A stretch of DNA of 64,000 bases from a virus, in the IMG/VR virus record IMGVR_UViG_3300044658_000058, positions 32,001 to 96,000 of that record. One strand, written 5' to 3'. Made by a program: the position numbers and the translations under genes. Position 1 is the stretch's first letter. Every line of letters starts with the position of its first letter. Positions 35,963 to 46,700 of this stretch are shown piece by piece. The notes beneath the pieces were generated by a model. The model saw nothing but the letters and a program-made list of their open reading frames with translations, was not told the DNA's origin and did not search any database.

Positions 35963-36564
35963 TATCGCCAGAGAGAACGAAACAAATTTTCGTTGCTCTT
36001 CGTCTGCATTTCACCGGGTCATACGACTACATTAAATATCAAGGCAAGACTCGGGCCGGACTAAAGCCAGCGGAAACATGGGCAGTCGAGAAGATTGCCT
36101 ACAAATTTCAGAACGAAAATACCGTTCGGGATTTCTTCGTTGCTAATATGATCGATTCATATGTGAAGTCTGGCAAAATCGTCGGCTTCATCGGTTCTTA
36201 CGCCAACAAAGAAGCGACAGAAATTTACGAAAAATCAACAAACTGGTACAATGCATCCTACAATCTGACTTCGGATTTGAAAAAATTCGATAGTCTGAAA
36301 GATGCCGTCCTGTGTATTGACGGTAATCATCCGAAAATTTTTCAGTATGTTTTAGATGGAGAAATTTCTATATTCACCATGGCGTGTGTAATGCTTCAAA
36401 TGGGTGATCATATTGTGAGATATTGGAATAAGAATTGCGATGATACGGTATTGTTTGGTGGATATATTCAATTTTTGAAAAAGTATGTTCCACTTATACC
36501 AAAAGATAGTGAAAAAATAAAAGAAACAATAAGCAGCTATAATTACAAGACAAGGAATACATGA
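35959..36564 (+). CDS. gp59: Helicase loader
   Basis: ALRLHFT.SYDYIKYQGK, FFVAN, HPKI; 33-59-32 synteny. Confidence 0.88.
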   Translation: MISPERTKQIFVALRLHFTGSYDYIKYQGKTRAGLKPAETWAVEKIAYKFQNENTVRDFFVANMIDSYVKSGKIVGFIGSYANKEATEIYEKSTNWYNASYNLTSDLKKFDSLKDAVLCIDGNHPKIFQYVLDGEISIFTMACVMLQMGDHIVRYWNKNCDDTVLFGGYIQFLKKYVPLIPKDSEKIKETISSYNYKTRNT

Positions 36565-36785
36565 GAAGATCAAGAATCGAACGTCGTAACGAATGGCGTG
36601 ATGCCAATCGCCGGACCAATGGAGAACCAAATCAGCCATGGGTTTCGACTGTAGACCCACGCTATGAGCCGGTAGAAGTCAAGAGCAAGAAATACGCATC
36701 GAACGGCAAGCGTGAAGTTGCCCGTCGCCTTCGACAAGCTGGTGAACATTACAATCCCGAGTGGCTTGAACAGATGGGCGCTTAA
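36561..36785 (+). CDS. Basic hypothetical protein
   Basis: AAGGA RBS; NGKREVARRLRQ. Confidence 0.6.
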   Translation: MRRSRIERRNEWRDANRRTNGEPNQPWVSTVDPRYEPVEVKSKKYASNGKREVARRLRQAGEHYNPEWLEQMGA

Positions 36786-36786
36786 G

Positions 36787-37125
36787 ATGAACCTGAATGA
36801 GTACGCTGAACAATGCCACAAGGCAAACGCCAAGTGGTGGCCGGAAGACGTTCGAACCCGCAACAAAGGCGAGGCAATCGCCTTGATGCATTCCGAGCTA
36901 TCGGAAGCCTTGGAGGGCGAACGTAAGAATCTGATGGACGACAAGCTTCCACATCGCAAGATGGCAGAAGTAGAATTTGTCGATACGCTCATTCGAATTT
37001 TCGATTATTGCCACGCCTTCGGTTATGATTTGGAAGGCGCTTTTCAAGAGAAGATGGCCTATAACGCCATTCGGGAAGATCACAAGCTTGAAAATAGAAT
37101 GAAAGAAAACGGAAAGAAATTTTAA
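36787..37125 (+). CDS. MazG-like NTP pyrophosphohydrolase
   Basis: ALMHSELSEALEG.RK, EVEFVDTLIRIFD, EKMAYN. Confidence 0.82.
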   Translation: MNLNEYAEQCHKANAKWWPEDVRTRNKGEAIALMHSELSEALEGERKNLMDDKLPHRKMAEVEFVDTLIRIFDYCHAFGYDLEGAFQEKMAYNAIREDHKLENRMKENGKKF

Positions 37126-37130
37126 ATTTC

Positions 37131-37161
37131 TTGACTTTTCGATGATCTTCTGATATAAATA
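37131..37161 (+). promoter_or_regulatory. Composite sigma70/late promoter for gene 32
   Basis: TTGACT-17 nt-TATAAATA. Confidence 0.65.
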
Positions 37162-37280
37162 AAAGATATTATGTCTGTGTGGTTAAGAAAAGATATCAAC
37201 AATACGTCAATTTTATTATGCAGACGAAACTAATGTAGTTTCAGGAGTGGATATGACAAAATATAGGATAAAAATAATAA

Positions 37281-38156
37281 ATGTCACTATCCCTTTCAGA
37301 CTTGAAAAAGTCTTCGAAAACTCGTCTCGATAACCTAATCACAAAATCCCAAGCAAATGCAGAACAAGGCGCTAAGGACGCTCGCTTTTGGCAACCAACC
37401 GTTGACAAAGCTGGTAACGGCAGTGCTGTAATTCGCTTCCTTCCCGCTTCGAAGGAAGATGGCATTGACGCTCTCCCATGGGTAAAGTACTTTGAACACG
37501 GCTTCAAAGGCCCATCGGGCAAGTGGTATATCGAAAAATCCCTCACTTCGCTAGGTCAGAAAGACCCCGTTTCCGAGTATAATTCTAAGCTTTGGAACAA
37601 GGGGACCGATGAAGCAAAGGAAATCGCACGTTCGCAGAAGCGTAAGCTTGTGTTCGTGTCGAACATTCTGGTAATTACCGATCCGGGCAATCCAGAAAAT
37701 AACGGTAAGGTGTTCCTGTTTAAGTACGGTCAGAAGATTTTTGAGAAGATCAAGAATATCATGACTCCGGACGAAGCGCTTGGTGAAGAACCAAACGATC
37801 CGTTCGACTTCTGGACAGGCCAGAACTTCAAGCTTAAGATCAAGAAAGTTGGCGATTTCCGCAACTATGACGACTCTAGCTTCGCTAATCAGTCTGTTCT
37901 TTTCAAGAAAGATGAAGAAATCGAAGCGGTCTGGAATTCGCAGTACTCACTTGGTGAATTCCTTGATCCTAAGAACTACGAAACCTACGAAGAACTGGAA
38001 AAGAAGTTGTTCGACGTTCTACAGATTCAGACCGAATCTGTGTCAACGACCGCTGAACGTCTTTCCATGAAGGTTGATGCCGCCGTGGCTGATGCCAGTG
38101 CGGAAGTTGAAGCCGGTGAAGATGCCGACTTGGACGAAATTCTGAAAAACCTCTAA
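37281..38156 (+). CDS. gp32: Single-stranded DNA-binding protein
   Basis: DARFW..DKAGNG.AVIRFLP, HGFKG..GKWYIE, GKVFLFKYG.KIF, acidic tail. Confidence 0.96.
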   Translation: MSLSLSDLKKSSKTRLDNLITKSQANAEQGAKDARFWQPTVDKAGNGSAVIRFLPASKEDGIDALPWVKYFEHGFKGPSGKWYIEKSLTSLGQKDPVSEYNSKLWNKGTDEAKEIARSQKRKLVFVSNILVITDPGNPENNGKVFLFKYGQKIFEKIKNIMTPDEALGEEPNDPFDFWTGQNFKLKIKKVGDFRNYDDSSFANQSVLFKKDEEIEAVWNSQYSLGEFLDPKNYETYEELEKKLFDVLQIQTESVSTTAERLSMKVDAAVADASAEVEAGEDADLDEILKNL

Positions 38157-38158
38157 GG

Positions 38159-38281
38159 TTTCAGAAAGCAGTGCGAAAGTTGAAAACTTGGGAACCCCAC
38201 CAAGACTGCGAAAAGGGGACCATTTTGGGCGGCTATAAAGACTTGTTACACGGTTCTCCACCGTGGCCCGGAACGGAGAAA
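38159..38281 (+). ncRNA. Tandem pseudoknot-forming elements (strand uncertain)
   Basis: Two units, each with an outer stem, an inner hairpin and a downstream run complementary to the hairpin loop. Confidence 0.45.
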
Positions 38282-38291
38282 GGACGAAGAT

Positions 38292-38777
38292 TTATTCTTC
38301 GTCCTTTTTTTCATTTTTGAGAGCATCCAAAGTTTGCTCTAGAGTGCCGGTGAACACGGCTTTATCGATATAGACCTTGGCATTCCCGCCTGTGTCCGGC
38401 ATATACACTTTTCTCTTTTTCTCAATATAGGCCATCTTGGCAGAGAAAATGTTCACCTTCTTTTCGTTGCCGTCAATGATGGTTTTCAACAATCCATTGA
38501 GTGCCTGAAAGTCTTTGTCGTCCTCCGTATCGGATGCTATTTGTGCGGCCTTTTCAGCGGCTTCTACAGCGATTTCCAAAGCGTCGGCAATGTTGCGTCT
38601 CGCTTCCTCGAAATCTCTCTGTAGCTCTTGTTCTTCGGCATCCATGGGCTCTATGACCGCTCCACCGACCTGTGGCTGTACGGTTGGTAGGTTTTCGTGT
38701 TGCACGTCTGTTAGGTTTTCGTGCTCTTCCGGTTCGGCATCGATATCCAAAACTTCATGAATTAACTTTTTTGTCAT
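38292..38777 (-). CDS. gp16: Terminase small subunit
   Basis: DFEEARRNI...A, AVFTGT; follows gene 15. Confidence 0.75.
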   Translation of the reverse strand: MTKKLIHEVLDIDAEPEEHENLTDVQHENLPTVQPQVGGAVIEPMDAEEQELQRDFEEARRNIADALEIAVEAAEKAAQIASDTEDDKDFQALNGLLKTIIDGNEKKVNIFSAKMAYIEKKRKVYMPDTGGNAKVYIDKAVFTGTLEQTLDALKNEKKDEE

Positions 38778-39646
38778 TTATCTGTTCCTGTCACAGGATC
38801 ATACTTTTTACCATCCTGAAATTCTTCGATGGACGTGATGAATCCGTAATCGTCTTCCTTATTTATGTCCTGATACGGGATTGTAAGATTTGGGTCTGAT
38901 GTTGGTTGTCCATCGGAAGTTAGACCGGGGGTGACCACAATTCGAGCGATACGACCATTGGCCTGCATTTCATCTTCCGTGATCTTGCCAAGCCCCGGAA
39001 TCGAGTGGAAATCCACCTGAACACGCTTGATCACACCGGATTTCTGGATTGGTCCGAAAATCCATCCATCGACTTCGAAATTGAAAGTAGCGGTCAACAC
39101 ACGGCGCTCTTTGAAGTCGCCATCGTAAATGTCTTCTATCTCCGGAGCGTCTAGCATATTCACTCTGGCATCGTATTTGTAGGCAGAGCCCGGTATCAAA
39201 TCGAGTGTGGTGTTGAAATCAGAGTTGAAGAAAGGAACAATCTGTTCGATCACCTGATACACGTCGTCGGTATTCACGGACATGACATAAAGTTGGAACT
39301 TGAATTTGACGGAAACAGGCATGAATTGTGAAAGAACTTTGTTGCCGTCATCAACAATAGACACCAATTTGTGAACGGCGTTGTTCTTACGAGACTCATC
39401 AATGGTGAAACCGTCACATATGAACCCCATGCGAGGCAATTGAATTTTCACAACCGGGCTATCAGCCGGATGATGCTTCATCAGAGCATACCATTTCTGC
39501 TTGGGAGCATATGTGATAGGAACCGGAATTTGCTGTAATTCGGTCTTGTCAGCCGACAAACGAGTGACAAATATTTCGTTGAAAATATTTCCGAACATAA
39601 TAACATATTTTCGAGTGGTCGAGTGATAGAATGAATGACCTAGCAT
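38774..39646 (-). CDS. gp15: Tail sheath stabiliser / completion protein
   Basis: FYH...RKY...FG..FN, VPITYAPK.K, LPRM.F, EQI.PFF. Confidence 0.93.
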   Translation of the reverse strand: MLGHSFYHSTTRKYVIMFGNIFNEIFVTRLSADKTELQQIPVPITYAPKQKWYALMKHHPADSPVVKIQLPRMGFICDGFTIDESRKNNAVHKLVSIVDDGNKVLSQFMPVSVKFKFQLYVMSVNTDDVYQVIEQIVPFFNSDFNTTLDLIPGSAYKYDARVNMLDAPEIEDIYDGDFKERRVLTATFNFEVDGWIFGPIQKSGVIKRVQVDFHSIPGLGKITEDEMQANGRIARIVVTPGLTSDGQPTSDPNLTIPYQDINKEDDYGFITSIEEFQDGKKYDPVTGTDK

Positions 39647-39650
39647 TTAA

Positions 39651-40508
39651 TTACCATTTAAAATCTTTATTTCTTTTCACGAACGGAGATATTTCAGAGA
39701 AGTCCACAACACCATCGGTTTCTCTCGTAATAAGAGAATTGTCTGCTTGTTTGTCTGTGTCCTCAATCTGTACATCTTCATCAATGAGTGTGGCTTCGTC
39801 TGTGTCATCCTCCAATTTGATCGATTCGTCGTCTTCCATCGCCATTGGTGAGCGCATAAGATCGCCAGAGAACAAATCTTCGATAATATCGATTTCATCG
39901 TCGCCGGTATCAATTTTCTCGCTACTGTATTCGAACAATTCACAGAACAATTCATAGGTCTGCAATGCACCACCCTGATAGAAAATGGCGTCGTGTTGAA
40001 CGAACTTGATTTCGAAAAGACGTTGGAACGTCGAAACCCAGATTAGATCGCCTTCACGTGGCCGATCATATGGGATATAGTAGCCTTCGATATTTCCTTC
40101 TTCCAAAAGAATACCGTTCAACTGTCCCGGCATATACCGATTGGTAATTTCTTGTTCCATCGTGTCGTCATTTTCTGACATGAGATGTTCCGCTCTCACT
40201 TCTTCGAAGCGCTTGCGAGAAATGGAAAGATGCAGTTCGTCTTTGATCTGCACATCGAATTTCGACATAAAACGAGCGCCGTCAAAACCTTCCGTGTTGT
40301 TGGGATAAGCTTCGATTAAAACGGCGTCATTGAATGAATTCACGGTCGATTCACCAAAAAGATCATCCATGTTCACGGCTGTACGAGGCAAATAATTTAC
40401 CCAGAAACCCATATTTTTGATCGCCCCAATGGTGAGGTCTTCAAACATCTTTTGGGTTGGACCATAGATGTAGTTGTTGATGTATCTATTAGGTGAACGT
40501 GATGCCAT
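39651..40508 (-). CDS. gp14: Neck protein
   Basis: YLPR...D.LFGE, SKF, RPREGDLI, FEIKFV.H...FYQ. Confidence 0.93.
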   Translation of the reverse strand: MASRSPNRYINNYIYGPTQKMFEDLTIGAIKNMGFWVNYLPRTAVNMDDLFGESTVNSFNDAVLIEAYPNNTEGFDGARFMSKFDVQIKDELHLSISRKRFEEVRAEHLMSENDDTMEQEITNRYMPGQLNGILLEEGNIEGYYIPYDRPREGDLIWVSTFQRLFEIKFVQHDAIFYQGGALQTYELFCELFEYSSEKIDTGDDEIDIIEDLFSGDLMRSPMAMEDDESIKLEDDTDEATLIDEDVQIEDTDKQADNSLITRETDGVVDFSEISPFVKRNKDFKW

Positions 40509-42542
40509 CTATCGTCTCTTTATAAAGTTATTCAAGTATTTATCATATGAAAAATTATTTGGTTCGTTATCTGTTGTTCCGACTGTGCCAATAACCGTGT
40601 TGGTATTCTTCGAATATCCTTTGGTCTGATTGGCACTGATGAATGCTTTCAAATAATTGTCGTAAGTGAACTTGGCTTTGAAAGTTATAGTTCCTGTAGA
40701 AACCACGGTATCATTTTGTTCACGTTCGTTAACATCAGCCCAACGGCTTGTTTTCTCGATAATACCACTTGCGGTATCGTTATGCTCTGCTATGTTCGCA
40801 TTGGCATGAGTTAGAACTTTACCGCTTGAAGTTACAAGGTCACTTTGCTCTGTGGCCACCACAACAGCATGTTTCGTCTGTTTTGAAGTGGAAACAATTG
40901 AGTCGTTAGCCTCTATGGTTGATAGAGCACCATGAATGATATTTCTTGTAACCGAGACAAGAGTATCATTATTTTCTGTTACGGTTACACTACCGAATAC
41001 AGGGAGTTTACCACCAAAGGAGTCGAGTGTGTCATTGGCTTCTGTAACAGAAATTGAACCTTCGACCGATGTTGTGGCGGTTGCCGACAACAAATCATTT
41101 TCTTCGGAACTTGTTTCTATGCCGGTAATATCGGTTGTGGCATTTGCTGTTAGTTGGTCATCACCTTCTGTGACATTGCCAATTGCCGCAATAGATAGAG
41201 ATGATGTGCCGGAAACAGTGTCGTTGGCTTCTGTAGCAGACAGAGATGCCTTTACAGAAGGGTTGGCTGTAGATGCCAACGTATCACTGGCTTCTGTGAT
41301 CGAGGCGCTGGCCTGAATCAGAACACCAGCGGTATCAGCGATGCTATCATTCGCTTCGATGATCGATGCAGTTGCTTTGATAGCGATTGTTGCTTGTGAC
41401 CCAACCGTGTCGGCGGCTTCCGTAACAGAAGTCGAACCATGTGTTGCCAAGGCCGAAACGGCAGAAACGGAATCGTTTGCTTCTGTAATAGAGGCCGCTG
41501 CACGATTTAGGGAGAAACCAGATGCCGAAAGGGTATCATCCCCTTCTGATATCGAAGTGCTGGCCTTAATGGCAATAGTGCCTGTCGAAGCGAGGGTATC
41601 GTTCGCTTCGGTAACGTTCACAAATCCTACCGGAGCATTACTTGCGAACAATATATCGTTCGCTTCTGTAATCGAAGCGGCGGCATGTGTAGAAAGTGTG
41701 GAGGTAGACAACACAGAATCATCAGATTCTGTGTTTGCTACTGTCGCATGAACCGGAACCAAACCTGTGGCCGAAACAGAATCGTTTGTTTCTGTAACAG
41801 ACAAGATCGCCTTAACAAGTACTTGTGCGGTTCCTGATAGGGTATCGTTACCTTCTGTAATGGAAGCCGATGCCTTGATCAAAAGCCCGGCAACATCAGA
41901 CGCCGTATCATTGGCTTCTGTGATTGAAGCGCTAGCATGAGTCGCCAGAGTGGATGCCGAAGAAACTGAATCATCCGCTTCCACCATTGGAGCGTTCATT
42001 TCATAGGCATAAAATTCCCATGTATCCTTATTCAGGAATATCGCAAATCGACCATCGGCAGAAACGGAAATGGTATTGACCGTGAGATTCGACGTATCGC
42101 CAAGCCAATGCCATGTGCTACCATAATCCAACGACTGATATAGGCCGGTTGTTCCACCAACATTTGTTACAGAATATTGAATGGAACCGTCTGCCGAACT
42201 GGCTTGAACAACACCTATAGTGAAGGGTGTTGACGATGACCATGTTGTGCCGCCATCAAATGATCGATATAGAGTAGAGGTAGGCCATGAGACAACATCA
42301 ATGATGCTGACAAACAACCCATCGGAAGAACATATGATGGATTTGGCATCTGTTAGCGTAACAGAGGTTATCTGATTCCAAGTAGCACCAGAATCAGTTG
42401 TCTTGAACAATTTCTGCGAAGATAGCAGATAAGCGATTTGGCCGTCGCTGGACGTAGCAACTTGACGGGCAACCCCGGCTGGTGCACTCGTAACAAGAGT
42501 TTCACCTAATGTTACTTCGCCAAGTGTCCAAGAACCTAACAT
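40509..42542 (-). CDS. Fibre protein B: MLG..LGE..LGE leader, partial Asp-box propeller, ~21 x 21-aa ExxD repeats
   Basis: T/S-x-D-x-G-x-T-W boxes followed by ASITEANDT-type repeats. Confidence 0.75.
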   Translation of the reverse strand: MLGSWTLGEVTLGETLVTSAPAGVARQVATSSDGQIAYLLSSQKLFKTTDSGATWNQITSVTLTDAKSIICSSDGLFVSIIDVVSWPTSTLYRSFDGGTTWSSSTPFTIGVVQASSADGSIQYSVTNVGGTTGLYQSLDYGSTWHWLGDTSNLTVNTISVSADGRFAIFLNKDTWEFYAYEMNAPMVEADDSVSSASTLATHASASITEANDTASDVAGLLIKASASITEGNDTLSGTAQVLVKAILSVTETNDSVSATGLVPVHATVANTESDDSVLSTSTLSTHAAASITEANDILFASNAPVGFVNVTEANDTLASTGTIAIKASTSISEGDDTLSASGFSLNRAAASITEANDSVSAVSALATHGSTSVTEAADTVGSQATIAIKATASIIEANDSIADTAGVLIQASASITEASDTLASTANPSVKASLSATEANDTVSGTSSLSIAAIGNVTEGDDQLTANATTDITGIETSSEENDLLSATATTSVEGSISVTEANDTLDSFGGKLPVFGSVTVTENNDTLVSVTRNIIHGALSTIEANDSIVSTSKQTKHAVVVATEQSDLVTSSGKVLTHANANIAEHNDTASGIIEKTSRWADVNEREQNDTVVSTGTITFKAKFTYDNYLKAFISANQTKGYSKNTNTVIGTVGTTDNEPNNFSYDKYLNNFIKRR

Positions 42543-42551
42543 TTATTTTCC

Positions 42552-43676
42552 TTATGTTACAGTGCCAGCGGACCAAGTAATCAAAGTCCAACCTTGTGCC
42601 TGCCACTCGACTAAAATCATATCCCCTTGATTGTTCAATTTAACTGTAGTAGGGCTACTCCCATCCAATTTCTTAAAAGCATTGGTGAAATTTATTCTAT
42701 CCGATGCATTCGTTCTGGTCTGAAACTTCAATATAAATCTCGCTCCAAACACCAAGCCAGAAGGGGTATTCAAAGAAACGTTTTCATTTCCAGCACTACC
42801 GCTGGAAGTAAACCTTTGCTGATGGAAACTTGGCGTCACATTCAGTGTGGTTGCACCATTCGTAGTTTGGCTTTCATAAGCAAATTGAAAATTTGGATCA
42901 AGATTTTGAAAGAATACTTGTCCAGTGTCAGAAGTTGACATGATAAATTGGTTAGGGGTTGTAGTCACGTTGTTATAAATGAACAATGGAGTGACCCATG
43001 AGGCATCACCACCGGGACCACGAAACCAAATGCCATTAGTGGTGGCATTAGTGTTAACACCAGAACTTCCCATTACTACCCATTGATAATAATACGGATT
43101 CCATTCTAATTCGACAAACGCTCCTGTATAACCAAGAGAAAATGAAATATCAGCATCAGAACAAGTCACCGTATCACCGGGTGCAGATATAGTGTTCAAA
43201 ATGATAATTAGTTTGCGATTAAAACTCGTACTATCAAGATTTGCAGACGCCAATTTGATTACATTAGCTGTGCCTGAACCATTTGTTGTCAAACGGACGT
43301 AAGAAACATCAGGAAGAAAATATGGAGAGCCAACAAGAGTAATATCAAGTGGTTTATCAAAGTCTTCTGCTAAGATTACCCCCAAACGAACTTTAGGGGC
43401 GGAAGAAAAGTTTACGTTAGAATTACTGTTTGAAGAATTGTACACAAACATTCTACTAAGGTAAGAGCCTCCTACGTTCCATTCACCATAGCCGACTTCC
43501 CATTCAGAAGTTCCATTTTCTGCAATATAGTGGTAACCTTTACCAGAAACAATGTCCGGATCGGCTTCACTTGGAGAAAGGAAACCAGAGATCGTGCTGG
43601 CATAAACAAAGTTTCCAGTACCGCCACCACTGGCATTCCAATAGCAACGATTTATTTTTTGAGTAGAAAGTGGCAT
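42552..43676 (-). CDS. Virion fibre/adhesin-like protein
   Basis: N-terminal NR...GTG...GF...Y..E....WEVG.G....LSR...SSN domain as in phage fibres; own late promoter at 43700. Confidence 0.65.
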   Translation of the reverse strand: MPLSTQKINRCYWNASGGGTGNFVYASTISGFLSPSEADPDIVSGKGYHYIAENGTSEWEVGYGEWNVGGSYLSRMFVYNSSNSNSNVNFSSAPKVRLGVILAEDFDKPLDITLVGSPYFLPDVSYVRLTTNGSGTANVIKLASANLDSTSFNRKLIIILNTISAPGDTVTCSDADISFSLGYTGAFVELEWNPYYYQWVVMGSSGVNTNATTNGIWFRGPGGDASWVTPLFIYNNVTTTPNQFIMSTSDTGQVFFQNLDPNFQFAYESQTTNGATTLNVTPSFHQQRFTSSGSAGNENVSLNTPSGLVFGARFILKFQTRTNASDRINFTNAFKKLDGSSPTTVKLNNQGDMILVEWQAQGWTLITWSAGTVT

Positions 43677-43702
43677 TGTAATTTTCCTTTAAATAGAAAT
43701 AT

Positions 43703-46700
43703 TTATGATATAGCGGTAAAGTTCCATGTAGCGCCAACGTCGGTTGACACATACACTCCACCCGATTGAACAGCATAAATTACACCACCATTTGGTGATA
43801 CTGTTACACTTGTCCAAGCACCAGTTGTAGAAGGTGATGGTTGAGTCCATGTCACACCACGATTAGTCGAGACATATGGTGTTCCACTATCCGGCAGTGC
43901 TACAAGCAAATTACCATCATTTGACGAAGCGACGGCATTCCAGTTCGCAGATGGCAATCCATTGCTATTAAGTTCTGTCCATGTGTCGCCTTCGTTTGTA
44001 GAAATCCATGGATAACCAACTGTATCCACCCATGCACCAGCAAGGATGATCGATTTATCTCCGGATACGGCTACCGCACCAGACCAATTGAAGTTCAAAT
44101 CACCAGAATTGGTTCTGTAATATCCCTTACCGTTTGCTTTGATCGGAGCAATGGACGTGGCTGAAACAGAATCACCACTTTCCGTAATTGCCAGCGAAGC
44201 TTTTGCCGCAAGTCCCGCTGTTGATGATATTGAATCGTTGGCTTCCGTGTTTGATGCAGAAGCCTTGATTGCGATGGCCGATGTTGCCGAAATCGTATCG
44301 GGGGCTTCGGTAATCGAGGCAGTTGCATGAGTTGCCAGAGTAGAAGCGGCAGAAACAGTGTCATCGGCTTCTGTAATGGATGCCGAAGCGACAGGGCCAG
44401 ATACAGCCGTACCAGCCGCCGAAATCGTGTCGTCCGCTTCTGTGTTAGAAAGAGAAGCCTTGATCGCAACGGCAGATGTCGAAGAAACAGAATCGCTTGC
44501 TTCTGTAATGGATGCAGAGGCTTTTAGGGCAACTGTCGCTGGTGCCACAATCGTATCATCGGCTTCTGTTACAGAAGTCGTAGCCTTCAATGCTATCGTA
44601 GCTGGTGCGGCGATGGTATCACCGGCTTCCGTGATCGATGCAGCGGCCTTCAACGCAATTGTTGAAGTCGATGCAACAGTATCACCGGCTTCCGTAACAG
44701 AAGCCGTGCCTTTAATTTGCATTGCCGAAGTGGCGGAAACCGTGTCACCGGCTTCTGTGATCGAAGCCGTGGCGGTTGCAAGGTCTTGACCTACCCAATT
44801 ATCAGTATCATAGGCGAGGTTATCATAGTAAACATTGTAGCCAGAAGTATTAGGACCAACGGAGCCGCCATATTGATACCCAATATTGTCAGAAACATAG
44901 TTTGGTGTAGCAGTATAGATGACTGTGCCATTCAATCTAATAGTTACGACACCGGGGCTGCCTGTTTGAACAAAATATTCAAAGCAAGCCCATTGATTAT
45001 ATCCCCATCCTGTGATTTGCGTTTGGGTACTATTTGTATCCAGCCATATTGTTCCATCAGCTTTCAAAAGAATGTAAGCCGACATAATTGCATTACTTGC
45101 GCTTTCCATAGACACCAATTTGAAATCTTGATCTACAGTAAGTGCGGGCGATGGCTGATCAACATAGACCGCCATTCTACCATAAGAGGTTTTGGAACCG
45201 AATGAAGACGGATTCGACCAACTAAAGGTAGAACCGTGGTTATCCGTTGGAAGTCTTAGACAATATGTTCCTGTGCGAGGATGTGTTGTGACAACAGTAG
45301 TCGAACCGGGAGCCACAAGATCGGCGGTTGTACCCGTTTCAAATCCGGTCGAGAACGTTTGACGGATATGCGCCGCTCCGGAAGACGTATCATTGGCTTC
45401 CGTGATCGATGCTGTTCCTGCAATCGGCGTAAGTTGAATTACAGAACTTACAGTATCATTCGCTTCTGTTATCGATGCATTTGCAGTATTTGGCGTACTG
45501 TTATGGCTTGCTGATGATAGTGTATCATCGGATTCGACAATATTTGTTTGGTACAGAACAAAATAAATATCCTGAAAAGCAGAACCACTATCCCAACTGC
45601 TTGTTCCAGAATTATATGTGAACAACATACCATTAGCATATGTGTCTGATATGCTGTACCCAACCCAATAATAGTTGGATGCATCAAGTGCGCCTGTTCG
45701 TCTAATTACAAACATGTAGGTTGTGCCGCCTGTTAGCGCAACGCCACCTGAAAATGTAAAGCTGGCATCAGCACGGGATGTCGTTAATGAACTTCCCGCC
45801 ACTGTGGTTGACGTTCCGAGCACAGTCGTTCCGGTTGAGTCTCGTATCTCCATCACAACGCTATCAGATGGAGAACCGGTCTTCATCATTTTCAGACCGA
45901 TTTTGGTCAATAAAACATTTGAAGTTGGGATAAATGTTTCGCCATAATATGCCGCACTACTACCGAAACCAAATTGAGTATCGCTACCAACATTTGTCTG
46001 GCTTAGGAACGCTATATCCGTTCCGCCATTGACGGCAGTGATCTTTACCGTACTTGCGGATGCAACTGTATCATCAGCTTCTGTGATAGAAGTGGTGCCA
46101 GTAATACCAAATGTTCTTACTGTGTATTCATTATATTTTAGTGTGCCGTTATCATTGACAATATATGGCAGGACCATGGAACTGCCACGTTGATAGATTG
46201 TCGCATCTTGGTTAAGACCACCACCCATTGATGTTGCGCCAGTGAATGCGGCGACGCCTGTCGTCTGTGTCGAGCCGTTATTAGATGAACTTGACACATA
46301 GACAATTTTATTGTTCGTGCTGACCCATAGAATCCAGAGAGTGCCATTATCCCATGCGGTTATACCAACGCCACTGGTGCCAGCATCAACGCCACTGGTG
46401 CCGCCAGTGTTAATCGTTGGCGTGTTTCCACTATCGAAATAGAGATTTCGAACACCGTTGCCTGACGATGCACTATCAACACCAGTGAACGCAACCTTTT
46501 GCACTGACGAAATATTTGCACTTGAACCAACAACATTACCGGCAGTGTTTGTTGCTACACCAGTGCTGACCGTTTGCAGCACGTTGCTACTATTCAGTGT
46601 TCTTTGAACAAATGTTGATGCTGGATATTTGTAGCCGAAGTGGATAGAGTTCGATGCGCCCATAACGCAATCGCTGACATAACCATCGAGTGCACCACCA

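Noticed and set aside
42543-43702. Self-splicing intron or intein splitting the fibre gene
   Set aside because: The insert is almost fully occupied by a structural-type ORF with its own promoter and RBS; no group I/II core, reverse transcriptase, nuclease or intein motifs are visible.
40680-44780. Periodic ~63-bp DNA repeats as a CRISPR array
   Set aside because: Degenerate in-frame coding repeats with synonymous variation; no constant repeat/unique spacer pattern and no cas genes.
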